From the NCBI GenBank assembly GCA_963711085.1, contig CAVQCT010000003.1, forward strand, positions 157,022 to 221,021: a DNA stretch of 64,000 nucleotides, in the 5' to 3' direction. Within the stretch, counting starts at the first letter, position 1; each line of letters opens with the position of its first letter. This DNA is from an uncultured candidate division Zixibacteria bacterium (lineage in GTDB: Bacteria; Zixibacteria; MSB-5A5; GN15; FEB-12). The position numbers and the translations under genes were made by a program. A model generated the notes under the pieces. That model did not search any database and had not been told where the DNA came from. It was given only the letters and a program-made list of their open reading frames with translations. Below are positions 54,864 through 64,000 of the stretch, in pieces.

Positions 54864-55874
54864 ATGAAGCTTTCCGAAATCGAAAATCTTGCCGAGAAAA
54901 TTCTTCTCAGCATTCGCAAAAAACAAAATAAAGAAGTCCCGATCGCCACTCTCGCCAGAAGTCTCAAGATCTCCGAAGCCGAAGTATCGGAAGCGGTGAA
55001 GATGATTCGTTCCTGGGGGTATCGGATCAAGAAGCGACGCAAAGGTGAAATCATTTTCGTAGCCCCGCCGGACAGCATGATCGCTACCGAGATCGGCTAT
55101 AATCTCAAGACCAAACTGATCGGTCGGAAGATCTACGCCTTCCAGAGCGTAAGATCGACCAATGATATCGCCGCCCAGCTGGCCGAGCAGGGGGAGCCGG
55201 AAGGAACAATTATAACTTCGGAACAACAGACGGTGGGGCGCGGAAGGCTCGGGAGGAAGTGGTATTCACCGGCGAAGTCCGGTATCTATGTCTCAATCAT
55301 CCTTCGTCCGCCGTTCAAGCCGGAGATGGCGCCGGGGATGTCGGTGATGACAGCTCTCGCCTTACGCGATGCCATCCATTCCATCTGCGCTGGAGAAGTC
55401 CGAATCAAATGGCCGAATGATATCCTGGTGGGAGATCGAAAGACGGCCGGCATTCTGACCGAGCTGTACGCCGAAAAGAACAAGATCAACTTCGTGATTA
55501 TCGGTGTCGGCATTAATGTCAACATGAAGGCCGAAGAATTTCCCGAGGAGCTTCGCTCTACCGCAACTTCCATCCGAAGGGTCAACAAGCGACGGGTTGA
55601 CCGTATTCAGCTTCTTCAGGCTTTTCTCATCTCCCTTGAGAAAGAGTACGAACGGTACCGCAAGGATCAACTGGCCGGGTCACTCAAACGGATAAGAAGG
55701 TACTCTTCACTGATCGGGACGGTCGTTCAGCTCAATATCGGACGGCAGACGATCGCCGGGATAGCCGTAGATATTGATAAGAGCGGTGCACTCATTGTCG
55801 ATGTGGACAACCAGCAGGTTTCGGTATCGGGAGGGGAAGTGACAGTCGTAAAAGAGAAACGCCAATCGGGCTAA
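54864..55874 (+). CDS. birA: Bifunctional biotin-[acetyl-CoA-carboxylase] ligase / repressor BirA
   Basis: 336 aa. N-terminal HTH-like region, biotin-binding loop QTVGRGRLGRKWYS, and the KWPNDI motif. Confidence 0.92.
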   Translation: MKLSEIENLAEKILLSIRKKQNKEVPIATLARSLKISEAEVSEAVKMIRSWGYRIKKRRKGEIIFVAPPDSMIATEIGYNLKTKLIGRKIYAFQSVRSTNDIAAQLAEQGEPEGTIITSEQQTVGRGRLGRKWYSPAKSGIYVSIILRPPFKPEMAPGMSVMTALALRDAIHSICAGEVRIKWPNDILVGDRKTAGILTELYAEKNKINFVIIGVGINVNMKAEEFPEELRSTATSIRRVNKRRVDRIQLLQAFLISLEKEYERYRKDQLAGSLKRIRRYSSLIGTVVQLNIGRQTIAGIAVDIDKSGALIVDVDNQQVSVSGGEVTVVKEKRQSG

Positions 55875-56331
55875 TACATATCTGTCATCTCACAGCAATT
55901 GGATAATCGGTCTGAATTGATTGGAGCTTCAGGTGGATTTAAAGCTTCCGGGGGGAGTAATGCGTCAGTTGGAGCAAGCTTTCTTAAAGACGACCCCTAA
56001 TCCCGGTCGCCAAAGCCTGCTCCAACATGACAGCAAACGGCCCCATAAACACCACTAATCCGTCTCCCCCGAAAGAAGCTTCTCTATCTATATAGGCATC
56101 ACCCCTGTCAATTTCTGTCAGTGCAACTTGGCTATTGTGGATTATTTCCACTGTGATTCTTCTCTGCCTCCTGATTAGTACATACTATCTATCTTATTGA
56201 CACATAATTCGATAACAAATGCAAATAAACGAATTACAGTTCGAGGGCGGGAAAAAAATGAAAAATTGTCTTGAATATTTTTGGTTACGAAAAGCAAAAG
56301 AGGTGTCTAAGGGGCAAACGGGAGGGTAAGC

Positions 56332-56868
56332 TCATCTGGCTCTTCGAATTCCAGCTACAATCAGAGGGATCAATACAACTTGCAGGGCGATCCCAGGTAG
56401 GCCGGTGACAATCGCTCCGCCGGTGGAAAAGAACGTGGCTGCCGAATACGGGAGTTTCATGAAGAGCCCAAGGACAAACAATCCCAAACCAAACATGATT
56501 CTCCCTGCTATCATTGCCAGGATCAAGGAGATATAGATGTTGAGTCTAAGTCTGACATAGCAAATTCCGGCGATCAGACCATACAGCGGCAGCTCCAGCG
56601 ACATGAGAGGAACGGCGTACGTAGGAGGCATGCCGGTCAACAGGAAGGAGAGCCCCGGGGCCAAAATTCCCACGACCACCCCGGCGGCTGGGCCGACCAG
56701 GAATCCAGCGAGCAGAACGGGCAAATGCATCGGAAGAAACATGCGTCCGGCGATTCCAAAAGCGTGAAAGCCAATCGGCAAAAGAATCGCGAGAGCAAGG
56801 TACAGGGCTACATGGGCGATGAATCGAGCTCGGACTTGCAGGGGAGTTGGCACAGTTGAAAAAGTCAC
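56332..56868 (-). CDS. ECF-transporter S-component-like membrane protein
   Basis: 178 aa from a GTG start overlapping the upstream stop (GTGA). Six hydrophobic segments. FLPMHLPVLLAGFLVGP...LTGMPP resembles the ECF substrate-capture components I recall. Substrate unknown, and no A/T components are nearby. Confidence 0.65.
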   Translation of the reverse strand: MTFSTVPTPLQVRARFIAHVALYLALAILLPIGFHAFGIAGRMFLPMHLPVLLAGFLVGPAAGVVVGILAPGLSFLLTGMPPTYAVPLMSLELPLYGLIAGICYVRLRLNIYISLILAMIAGRIMFGLGLFVLGLFMKLPYSAATFFSTGGAIVTGLPGIALQVVLIPLIVAGIRRAR

Positions 56869-57470
56869 TTCACATTAGAAGCCATAGCGACATACAAACC
56901 GGTATGATCCTGCACCCTGACATCTTCGAATTTGCTGTTATTCAGCATCTTGCGAAGCGATTTCTCGGGTGGCAGAACATCATGCTCAACGACTCCACCA
57001 ATCCCCTGGTGAATGTCGGCCAGCTCTTTCGAAGAAATCAGATGAATGATGTAGAACATGGCGCCCGGTTTGAGTACCCGGTGGGTTTCATCGATCGCCC
57101 GTTGCTGGTCCGTGAAATGCGGAAAAGCGGAAAAGGCCACCGCCATATCGAAACTGGAATCGGAAAACGGGAGTGCCGAAGCATCGGCATCGACCACATT
57201 CACATTCGCGAAGGGGAAATTCCGGTGCGCCTTTTGAGCCATTTCATAGGAGAAATCGACTCCGGTCACCGAGCCTTTTTCCCCGACCAGCCGTCGCAGC
57301 ATATCGAACAATATCCCGGTGCCACAACCGAGGTCCAGAATATCCATGCCGACGTTAACCTTAAGTTTCTCAACGATATTGGAGAGGCGCTCCATATCCT
57401 CGCTGGTGAACATGAGATCCCATTCGGCGGCGAGATCATCGAAGAATTTCTGATGGACGTCGTGAGACAT
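56865..57470 (-). CDS. Class I SAM-dependent methyltransferase
   Basis: 201 aa. Motif I: ILDLGCGTGIL. Methyltransf_11-like layout. Translationally coupled to the S-component-like gene. Confidence 0.85.
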   Translation of the reverse strand: MSHDVHQKFFDDLAAEWDLMFTSEDMERLSNIVEKLKVNVGMDILDLGCGTGILFDMLRRLVGEKGSVTGVDFSYEMAQKAHRNFPFANVNVVDADASALPFSDSSFDMAVAFSAFPHFTDQQRAIDETHRVLKPGAMFYIIHLISSKELADIHQGIGGVVEHDVLPPEKSLRKMLNNSKFEDVRVQDHTGLYVAMASNVK

Positions 57471-57649
57471 AGTGCAAAAATACCGTCAGCCGCGACTATG
57501 TCAAGAAGATTCACCCACATTTATCCTTTTCGGATCTTTGTACTGCCGGGATTGTTGTTCGGGAAATGTGATACCGCGATCACCGTTTTCCGCGTGTTTC
57601 ACAGGGAGGAATTGTGTATATTACGTGATTCGACTATTTCGGAGCAATT

Positions 57650-60511
57650 ATGGCAAACAATGGTGATAAATACAAAGATGCAAAAGAGTTTCTCTGGGTC
57701 AAGGGAGCCAGGGAGCATAATCTCAAGAATATCGATGTCAAGATCCCCCGCAATACCCTTACCGTAATCACCGGATTGAGCGGATCGGGGAAAAGCTCGC
57801 TGGCGTTCGACACGATCTATGCCGAGGGCCAGCGGCGGTATGTTGAGTCGCTGTCGGCCTATGCAAGGCAGTTTCTCGGCCTGATGGAGAAGCCCGATGT
57901 TGATTTTATCGAGGGGCTCTCCCCTGCTATTTCAATCGAACAGAAAGGGACGGCCAAAAATCCCCGCTCAACGGTCGGGACAGTGACGGAGATCTACGAT
58001 TACCTTCGCCTTCTCTTTGCCCGTGTCGGCGTCCCCCACTGTGTTAAGTGCGGACAGCCGATCACCCAGCAGACGGTCGAGCAGATTGTCGATTCGGTAC
58101 TTGGATTCGAGGAGGGCAGTCGCCTGATGGTCCTGGCTCCTCTGGTCAGAGGGAAAAAAGGGGAACACAAAGACGTCATCGACGAAGCCCGAAAGGAAGG
58201 ATTCGTCCGGCTCCGGGTGAATGGCGAAGTTATCGAGTCTGACAGCGAGATCTCGCTCGATAAGAAGAAGAAACATACCATCGAAGCGGTGGTGGATCGT
58301 TTGGTGGTGAAGTCATCCTCCAAGCGGAGGCTGGCTGATTCGGTCGAAACGGCCCTCAAGATATCCAACGGAACAGTGCTGGTAAATATCAAGAACAACG
58401 ACCTGCTCTTCTCGGAACAGTTTGCATGCCTCAACTGCAATATCAGTTACGATGAGCTGACCCCGAGGATGTTTTCGTTCAACTCCCCGTTCGGTGCCTG
58501 TCAAATTTGCGATGGTCTCGGGCAGAAGATGGAAATCGATCCGAAGCTGGTCATTCCGGATACCTCGCTGTCAGTTAACGACGGTGCCATCCGGCCGTGG
58601 GGCGGAGCGGATATGTCCAACTGGTACCGCTACATGCTCAAGGGGGTGGCCAAACATTACGGCTTCAAGTTCTCGGTCCCATTCGAGAAACTCTCGAAAG
58701 ATATCCAGCAGGTGATCCTCTATGGCTCCGGAAAACAGGAGATTGAATTCGAGTTCGAACACACTTCGGGGAAAGGTCGCGGGGCGGGAGTTTATCAGTC
58801 GAAGTTCGAAGGGGTCATTCCGCATCTGGAGCGTCGGTACAAGCAGACGGAATCGAGCGGAGTCCGTCAGTGGATAGAAAACTACATGTCGGTGACCGAC
58901 TGCCCGAGCTGTAAGGGGAGCCGACTCCGCCCCGAAGCGCTCGCGGTGATCATAGATCGCGAGACGATCGACTCGATCGTCAATATGTCGATCAAGCGGT
59001 CGCTGGAGTTCTTTGACAAGATTACCCTGAATAAACGCCAGCAGGCAATCGCGAAGCAGATCCTCAAGGAAGTAAAAGAGCGTCTGAGATTCCTCTGTGA
59101 TGTCGGGCTCGACTACCTGACGCTTGGCCGGGCGGCTTCGACGCTCTCCGGCGGTGAAGCTCAACGAATCCGTTTGGCCACTCAGATCGGGTCGCGCCTG
59201 GTCGGGGTGCTGTACATTCTCGACGAACCCTCGATCGGACTGCACCAGCGCGACAATCGCAGGCTGCTCAACACACTCTGTGAGCTGCGGGACATCGGTA
59301 ATACTGTCTTGGTGGTGGAGCACGATCGGGAGACGATCGAAGAAGCGGATTTCGTGGTCGATCTTGGCCCCGGCGCCGGGGTGCACGGCGGCGAGATTGT
59401 CGCAATCGGTGAACCGAAGGACATCATCGCTAACAAGAAATCGATCACCGGGCAATATCTCAGCAATGCGAAACGGATCGAAACCCCCACGGAACGTCGC
59501 TCGCCGAATGGCAAGTACATCAAAGTACTGGGTGCCGCCGGAAACAATTTGAAGAAGGTCGACGTCGATATTCCCCTCGGATGCTTCGTAGTCGTGACCG
59601 GAGTCTCTGGTTCGGGCAAATCCACGCTGATAAACGAGACCCTCTACCGCCAGCTTGCGCGCCACTTCTACAACAGCCGCACCCTGCCTCTTGAGCATAA
59701 GGAAATCAAAGGGGTCGAACATATCGACAAGGTGATCGATATCGATCAGTCGCCGATCGGACGTACGCCCAGGTCAAACCCGGCCACGTACACCGGGGTG
59801 TTCACTCACATCCGAGACCTTTTCTCCTCTTTGCCTGAGGCGAAAGCACGCGGATATATGCCGGGGCGGTTCTCTTTCAATGTCAAAGGGGGACGGTGCG
59901 AGGCATGCGAAGGAGACGGGATTATTAAGATCGAGATGCATTTTCTTCCCGATGTCTATGTCCCGTGCGAAGTCTGCAAAGGAAAAAGGTACAACCGGGA
60001 GACACTCGAGGTTACCTTCAAAGGGAAAAGTATCGCGGATGTGCTCAGTATGACGGTTGAGGAAGCAATGTACTTCTTCGAAAACATCCCCCGAATCAAA
60101 AGCAAGCTGCTTACGCTTCAGAACGTGGGCCTCGGCTATATCAAACTCGGTCAGCAGGCCACCACACTCTCGGGAGGCGAGGCGCAAAGAATCAAGCTGG
60201 CGACCGAACTGTCAAAAGTAGCAACCGGCAAGACGCTTTATATTCTCGACGAGCCGACCACCGGACTTCACTTCGAGGACATCCGCCTGCTCCTGGCGGT
60301 GCTGAACGAATTGGTCGATCGCGGAAACACCGTCTTAGTGATCGAACACAATCTGGATGTCATTAAGACTGCCGATTGGGTGATCGATATCGGCCCCGAA
60401 GGAGGGGACGATGGCGGCATGATCATCGCAGTCGGCACGCCCGAAGACGTGGCAGGTGTAAAACAGTCGCACACCGGGGTGCACCTCAAGTCGGTCCTGA
60501 ACGGCAAGTGA
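57650..60511 (+). CDS. uvrA: Excinuclease ABC subunit A
   Basis: 953 aa. Two ABC ATPase modules ([12 protein letters not shown] and [11 protein letters not shown]), zinc modules (CxxC pairs) and signature LSGGEAQRI twice. Confidence 0.97.
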   Translation: MANNGDKYKDAKEFLWVKGAREHNLKNIDVKIPRNTLTVITGLSGSGKSSLAFDTIYAEGQRRYVESLSAYARQFLGLMEKPDVDFIEGLSPAISIEQKGTAKNPRSTVGTVTEIYDYLRLLFARVGVPHCVKCGQPITQQTVEQIVDSVLGFEEGSRLMVLAPLVRGKKGEHKDVIDEARKEGFVRLRVNGEVIESDSEISLDKKKKHTIEAVVDRLVVKSSSKRRLADSVETALKISNGTVLVNIKNNDLLFSEQFACLNCNISYDELTPRMFSFNSPFGACQICDGLGQKMEIDPKLVIPDTSLSVNDGAIRPWGGADMSNWYRYMLKGVAKHYGFKFSVPFEKLSKDIQQVILYGSGKQEIEFEFEHTSGKGRGAGVYQSKFEGVIPHLERRYKQTESSGVRQWIENYMSVTDCPSCKGSRLRPEALAVIIDRETIDSIVNMSIKRSLEFFDKITLNKRQQAIAKQILKEVKERLRFLCDVGLDYLTLGRAASTLSGGEAQRIRLATQIGSRLVGVLYILDEPSIGLHQRDNRRLLNTLCELRDIGNTVLVVEHDRETIEEADFVVDLGPGAGVHGGEIVAIGEPKDIIANKKSITGQYLSNAKRIETPTERRSPNGKYIKVLGAAGNNLKKVDVDIPLGCFVVVTGVSGSGKSTLINETLYRQLARHFYNSRTLPLEHKEIKGVEHIDKVIDIDQSPIGRTPRSNPATYTGVFTHIRDLFSSLPEAKARGYMPGRFSFNVKGGRCEACEGDGIIKIEMHFLPDVYVPCEVCKGKRYNRETLEVTFKGKSIADVLSMTVEEAMYFFENIPRIKSKLLTLQNVGLGYIKLGQQATTLSGGEAQRIKLATELSKVATGKTLYILDEPTTGLHFEDIRLLLAVLNELVDRGNTVLVIEHNLDVIKTADWVIDIGPEGGDDGGMIIAVGTPEDVAGVKQSHTGVHLKSVLNGK

Positions 60512-60518
60512 GGCCACA

Positions 60519-61370
60519 ATGCCGGAACTTCCTGAAGTCGAGACGGTGGTACGTGGACTCCGCGGGCTGATCGTCGGCCGCACCTTTTCCTCGGTAGAAA
60601 TCAACGCTCCCAGAAGCTCGATAGTCCTCGGCCGATCTTTGAAGCGGCTGTCTTTCGCGAACGCGCTTATTGGCGAGACTGTGCTCTCTGTCGACCGGCG
60701 GGGAAAGAATATTCTTATCTCCCTATCGGGCGATATCACACTTTGGGTTCATCTGAAGATGACCGGTCAATTCCGGTATATTGAGAAGCCGGCGCCTCGA
60801 GACAAGCACGATCTGGTAGTTTTCATGTTCTCCGGCCTGAAGAAGAGTCAGGCACCCCTGGAAATGCGATTCAACGACTACCGGAGATTCGGGAGACTTC
60901 GTCTCTATTCGAACCAGGAGCTTTGGCTTCAGCCTGGGTTAAAAGAGCTGGGACCGGAGCCGCTGGAACTGACGGTCGATGAATTCGTCGAGATGTGCCA
61001 CAGGCGCCCCCGCATGATCAAAGCGGCTCTGCTGGATCAGACTTTCATCGCCGGGATCGGAAATATCTATGCCGATGAATCGTTATTCGCTTCCCGGATA
61101 CGTCCGACACGCCTGACCACGAAAATCTCCACGGTCAAACTCCGCGAGCTGCACCGTCATATCCAGCGACTCCTGCGATTCGCCATTGAAAAGATGGGAA
61201 CCTCGGTTGACAGCTACGCCGGAGTAAACGGTGAGCCGGGGGAATTTCAGACATATCTCAACGTGTATGCACAGGAAGGATCCCCCTGTCCGAACTGCGG
61301 CTCTAAAATCGTGAGGAGAAAGATCGGGGCGCGATCGGCCCACTTCTGTCCCAAATGTCAGCGGAAGTAG
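60519..61370 (+). CDS. mutM: Formamidopyrimidine-DNA glycosylase
   Basis: 283 aa. N-terminal MPELPEVE, H2TH region, and the C-terminal zinc finger CPNCGSKIVRRKIGARSAHFCPKCQ. Confidence 0.96.
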   Translation: MPELPEVETVVRGLRGLIVGRTFSSVEINAPRSSIVLGRSLKRLSFANALIGETVLSVDRRGKNILISLSGDITLWVHLKMTGQFRYIEKPAPRDKHDLVVFMFSGLKKSQAPLEMRFNDYRRFGRLRLYSNQELWLQPGLKELGPEPLELTVDEFVEMCHRRPRMIKAALLDQTFIAGIGNIYADESLFASRIRPTRLTTKISTVKLRELHRHIQRLLRFAIEKMGTSVDSYAGVNGEPGEFQTYLNVYAQEGSPCPNCGSKIVRRKIGARSAHFCPKCQRK

Positions 61371-61397
61371 CTGCGATTTCGGAAAGTCCGGCTAAAG

Positions 61398-61432
61398 AAA
61401 ACCCACCCAGCCTGAGCTGGGTGGGTTTTTCT
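61398..61432. terminator. Bidirectional rho-independent terminator between mutM and the convergent surface-protein gene
   Basis: 12-bp stem AACCCACCCAGC/GCTGGGTGGGTT with loop CTGA. It is flanked by an A-run on the left and a T-run on the right. Confidence 0.85.
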
Positions 61433-61453
61433 ATTCTAATCGGATATTGCCGA

Positions 61454-64000
61454 TTACGGATGTGTCAGATTGACACCAGTGCTGAACATGTATTCAACCA
61501 TGGCGACAAGGTCACCGATATCCGGCGCACCGCCAGAGGCGTTGACGTCGGCAGTCTGCATCACCTGAGGAGCAGCACCGTCGGCAAACATGAAGTCGAC
61601 GATGTAGATAAGGTCAGAGACATCGACCTTCTCATCGAGGTTCACGTCACCGGAGATATGTCCTCTGATGACCACATCGCCGGAGACCTGGCCGGGAGTT
61701 CCGCCGATATCGTACGTGATATCGAAGAAGGAATCGACGTTATCCCAAATCAGGCCGCCCTGGGCCGTTTCCTGACAGCTCACGAAGTTGCCGCCATCGA
61801 ACGGAATGTGCAGGATGTCACCGGTCATGCCGGCATAGCCGCCGGTAATGATGTCGGTGGTTCCAAGAGAAACAGGGCATCCGGAAATGCTCATGGCGAC
61901 GTTTTCGAGATCACCGACCGAAGTACCTCCGGGCAGCATCGCATCGCTCATGTACATGTTACAAATGGTCGGGTTAATACCGAACTTGAAGAACACATGG
62001 AGTGTATCGGGCTGCATCACGTACTCAATCGGGGCCGTGACGTTTACACCGTAGTCTTCGACTTCACCGTAGGTAGTGACGCCGCAAGACGGAATAACGC
62101 CGGTCGAAGAGTAGTTGATGCGGACTCTCATGTAAGTAGGTCCGGGCAGCGCGTCGGCAGGCGGAGTGATCGTTCCGGAATACGGACCGACACCGGTAGC
62201 CACATCGAGCGTTACCATTTCACCCGGATCATCGAAGCTGAGGTTGTGGTTCCAATCGACCCAGACGCCGCAGATGTCGGATGAGTACCCGTTACCGTTG
62301 GAAACAGTAATCGGATAGCCGGTACCGATATCCATATTGGCTACCTGAGTGGTGTGGTAATCGGCGTAGCCGGAGCAGTCGGACGAGTTGTCGATATTCG
62401 CAACCGCGACTTCGCTGATGTATTCATCGCAACCACCGGAGGCAGAGCACGGGAACGGATCGATTGTCTGACAATCGATTTTCATCGAATAGTCATACGG
62501 GCCAGTAGCGCAAGGATAACCTTCGAAATCCTGCGGACCGACGAAGATCCACCAGGTACCCGGGACGGCCTGAAGAGTCACAACCGCAGTATCACACTTA
62601 TCGACCGCCAGGTACGGTGAAATATAACCGGTGGCGTTATCGCAAGTGATGTTGCCGGGATCTGAACTCTCGAGGAATCCGGCTACGAGCGGAAGCTCGC
62701 CGACTACGGTAATGGTAATCTGGGTGTAATCCGAGACAACCAGTTCATACCAGTCGGTGTCGCGAGTGCCACCGTCAGCCCAGAGGTTACCGCAAACGGT
62801 TTCGCCGCAGTTAACCGGGGTGAGAGCAGCGGGATCGCTGTTGCAGCCGCCGTTGATGTCATCGCCGCAAGCTTCGCCTTCGGGGACGGCATCCGGAGGA
62901 CACTCAACCACGCAAGGCAGCGCGCACGACGTGGTCAACACACCGGCGCCGGTATTGGTCGAGTACCCACCAACTTCGATAAGGTAGGAGTTGCCTTCAA
63001 CACACGGGAAGGTCAGCTCGGACTGGACACTGCAAGCGTCGTCGTTGCAGCCGATCACCGGCGAATCGCAACCAGCACCGTCATATACGGCCATCTTTGT
63101 GTCGTAGGAAGAACCACAGAGACTAACCGTAGCATCGCCGGTGCAGCTGGCCGTGTAAACGTACCAGACGTTCGGAGCCGTCTGGCAGCCGCCAGGACCG
63201 TCGAACGTAGCATTGTCGGTCGAGAAGGCCAGATCGGTCACGTCGCCGATTTCGGTAGCGTTAGCACAATCATCATTCTCGGGGGCCTGACAACCGGTCG
63301 CCGCGCTTATTGTCAGATCGAAATCAGGAATACAATCCGGTGACGGCCAGGTGTCGATCATGAGATAGTACGTACCCGGATCGAGATGGACGCAGGTCAT
63401 GCCGTGCGCCGTGCCACCGGAATTGGTGCTCTGATCGATACAGGCAGCAGCCGGATCGGACGGGCAAACGTCAAACAGAGCGATACCGGTATATGTGGTA
63501 CCCTTCGGATCCAGCGTAATGTCGACGTCGACCGCTGAACTCACGGTAACTTCGTAAACGATGTCTTCGCCACCGTCATAGTATCCCATGCAGGTGTTGT
63601 TGTAGTCATCGCCACGACCGCAGGTATACTGATTGAGATCGGTATACGGAAGGGTCGGAATGTCGATCTTGAGAGGATCGGAGCAGTTGTCGCCTGGATT
63701 GCTCGGTCCGGTCTCTGCGCAAGAGACATTCAGGATGCCGTCGCCGGCGTAAGCGGAATAACCACCAACCTCGATGAGATAGGTGTTGTCTTTCACGCAA
63801 TTGAAGCTGATCTGGGACGACGGGCTGCAACCGGTGAAGTCGTCATTGGAGGCGATCGCCGCACCAAGCGTGCAGGAACAGCCGTCATAAGCGGCCAGCT
63901 TCGTATCGTACGAAGATCCGCAGAGACTGACCGTGGCCTTGCCATCGCAAGAAGCGGTGTAGCAGTACCAGATGTTCGGGCCAGTGGTGTATCCGGTGTT
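61454..64000 (-). CDS. Large secreted multi-module protein with PPC-like repeats, GEVED domain and C-terminal dockerin-like repeats (partial; 5' end beyond window)
   Basis: The track lists 61454..63796 from an internal GTG. My translation shows the frame stays open for the remaining 68 codons to position 64000 (NTGYTTGPNIWYCYTASCDGKATVSLCGSSYDTKLAAYDG...). Repeated modules end YLIEVGGYS. GEVED signature: TTYGEVEDYGVNV. C-terminal dockerin-like pair: GDVNLDEKVDVSDLIYIVDFMF and ADVNASGGAPDIGDLVAMVEYMF. Confidence 0.88.
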   Translation of the reverse strand, partial: NTGYTTGPNIWYCYTASCDGKATVSLCGSSYDTKLAAYDGCSCTLGAAIASNDDFTGCSPSSQISFNCVKDNTYLIEVGGYSAYAGDGILNVSCAETGPSNPGDNCSDPLKIDIPTLPYTDLNQYTCGRGDDYNNTCMGYYDGGEDIVYEVTVSSAVDVDITLDPKGTTYTGIALFDVCPSDPAAACIDQSTNSGGTAHGMTCVHLDPGTYYLMIDTWPSPDCIPDFDLTISAATGCQAPENDDCANATEIGDVTDLAFSTDNATFDGPGGCQTAPNVWYVYTASCTGDATVSLCGSSYDTKMAVYDGAGCDSPVIGCNDDACSVQSELTFPCVEGNSYLIEVGGYSTNTGAGVLTTSCALPCVVECPPDAVPEGEACGDDINGGCNSDPAALTPVNCGETVCGNLWADGGTRDTDWYELVVSDYTQITITVVGELPLVAGFLESSDPGNITCDNATGYISPYLAVDKCDTAVVTLQAVPGTWWIFVGPQDFEGYPCATGPYDYSMKIDCQTIDPFPCSASGGCDEYISEVAVANIDNSSDCSGYADYHTTQVANMDIGTGYPITVSNGNGYSSDICGVWVDWNHNLSFDDPGEMVTLDVATGVGPYSGTITPPADALPGPTYMRVRINYSSTGVIPSCGVTTYGEVEDYGVNVTAPIEYVMQPDTLHVFFKFGINPTICNMYMSDAMLPGGTSVGDLENVAMSISGCPVSLGTTDIITGGYAGMTGDILHIPFDGGNFVSCQETAQGGLIWDNVDSFFDITYDIGGTPGQVSGDVVIRGHISGDVNLDEKVDVSDLIYIVDFMFADGAAPQVMQTADVNASGGAPDIGDLVAMVEYMFSTGVNLTHP
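62924..64000 (-). repeat. Intragenic duplicated protein module (two copies of a Cys-rich PPC-like unit)
   Basis: Copy at 62924-63286: APNVWYVYTASCTGDATVSLCGSSYDTKMAVYDGAGC...GNSYLIEVGGYSTNTGAGVLTTSC. Partial copy at 63716-64000: GPNIWYCYTASCDGKATVSLCGSSYDTKLAAYDGCSC...DNTYLIEVGGYSAYAGDGILNVSC. The two are clearly homologous at protein level and partly at DNA level. Confidence 0.8.

Noticed and set aside
56258-56329. 23-codon ORF (MKNCLEYFWLRKAKEVSKGQTGG) preceded by GAGG
   Set aside because: It is too short and featureless to call from sequence alone. It is mentioned only within the finding on the 55875-56331 gap.
57586-57603. TGTGATACCGCGATCACC upstream of uvrA, considered as a LexA or CRP-type operator
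   Set aside because: The arms GTGAT/ATCAC with a 6-nt spacer fit neither the CTGT-N8-ACAG nor the GAAC-N4-GTTC LexA box, nor TGTGA-N6-TCACA. It is a single occurrence with no supporting context.
58571-59722. 383-aa minus-strand ORF antisense to uvrA
   Set aside because: Shadow ORF opposite an unmistakable uvrA. It has no motifs and an Arg/Asp-rich composition.
61381-61392. GGAAAGTCCGG, resembling the GAAAGUCCGG core of RNase P RNA
   Set aside because: This is an isolated 10-mer just after the mutM stop. None of the other conserved RNase P RNA blocks are nearby, and the space is only 80 nt.
1-64000. Search for CRISPR arrays, tRNA/rRNA genes, transposases, integrases, toxin-antitoxin pairs and known defence genes
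   Set aside because: None were recognised. I saw no regularly spaced direct repeats, no tRNA-like T-arm motifs and no recombinase, nuclease or defence signatures among the translated ORFs. A by-eye scan of 64 kb cannot exclude short or divergent elements.

Overview
This 64-kb window is a gene-dense, mostly housekeeping chromosomal segment. By inference it comes from an uncultivated diderm bacterium: it carries two TonB-dependent receptor loci and two proteins with T9SS type-A C-terminal sorting tails. I recognise about 55 protein genes. I found no rRNA, tRNA, CRISPR array, transposase, integrase or obvious defence island.

Main features:
- **Origin-proximal block (minus strand).** rpmH-rnpA-yidD-yidC-mnmE, then mnmG-rsmG, then parA-parB followed by an M23 peptidase and a bactofilin. 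Two near-consensus parS sites lie in this block, and a DnaA-box array with a perfect 17-bp palindrome lies just downstream.
- **MoxR operon.** A MoxR ATPase and a DUF58 gene are interrupted by an acidic-loop membrane protein and an isoaspartyl peptidase.
- **TPP riboswitch.** A textbook THI-box sits in front of a TonB-dependent receptor and a frameshifted sodium:solute symporter.
- **Second receptor locus.** A TonB receptor plus HmuY-like lipoprotein operon is preceded by Pho-box-like direct repeats.
- **Rex.** The rex gene has a consensus Rex operator upstream.
- **Redox, oxygen and other housekeeping genes.** Flavodiiron protein, rubrerythrin-like protein and DoxX, plus alr, yggS-divIVA, a purine nucleoside phosphorylase, iscU, ilvC, nadC, birA, uvrA and mutM.
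- **Cohesin/dockerin proteins at both edges.** Large secreted proteins built from cohesin-like, dockerin-like, PPC-like and GEVED modules. Two of these ORFs run off the window and are missing from the ORF track.

Two genes (the SSF transporter and a TPR protein) are each split by a single-nucleotide frameshift.

The least ordinary items are the cohesin/dockerin proteins in a T9SS background, the parAB-M23-bactofilin operon with the nearby DnaA-box array, the riboswitch-controlled uptake operon and the atypical MoxR operon. None can be called a proven new system from sequence alone. All coordinates and motif matches were worked out by hand. No database search, HMM scan, folding or GC-skew calculation was run.
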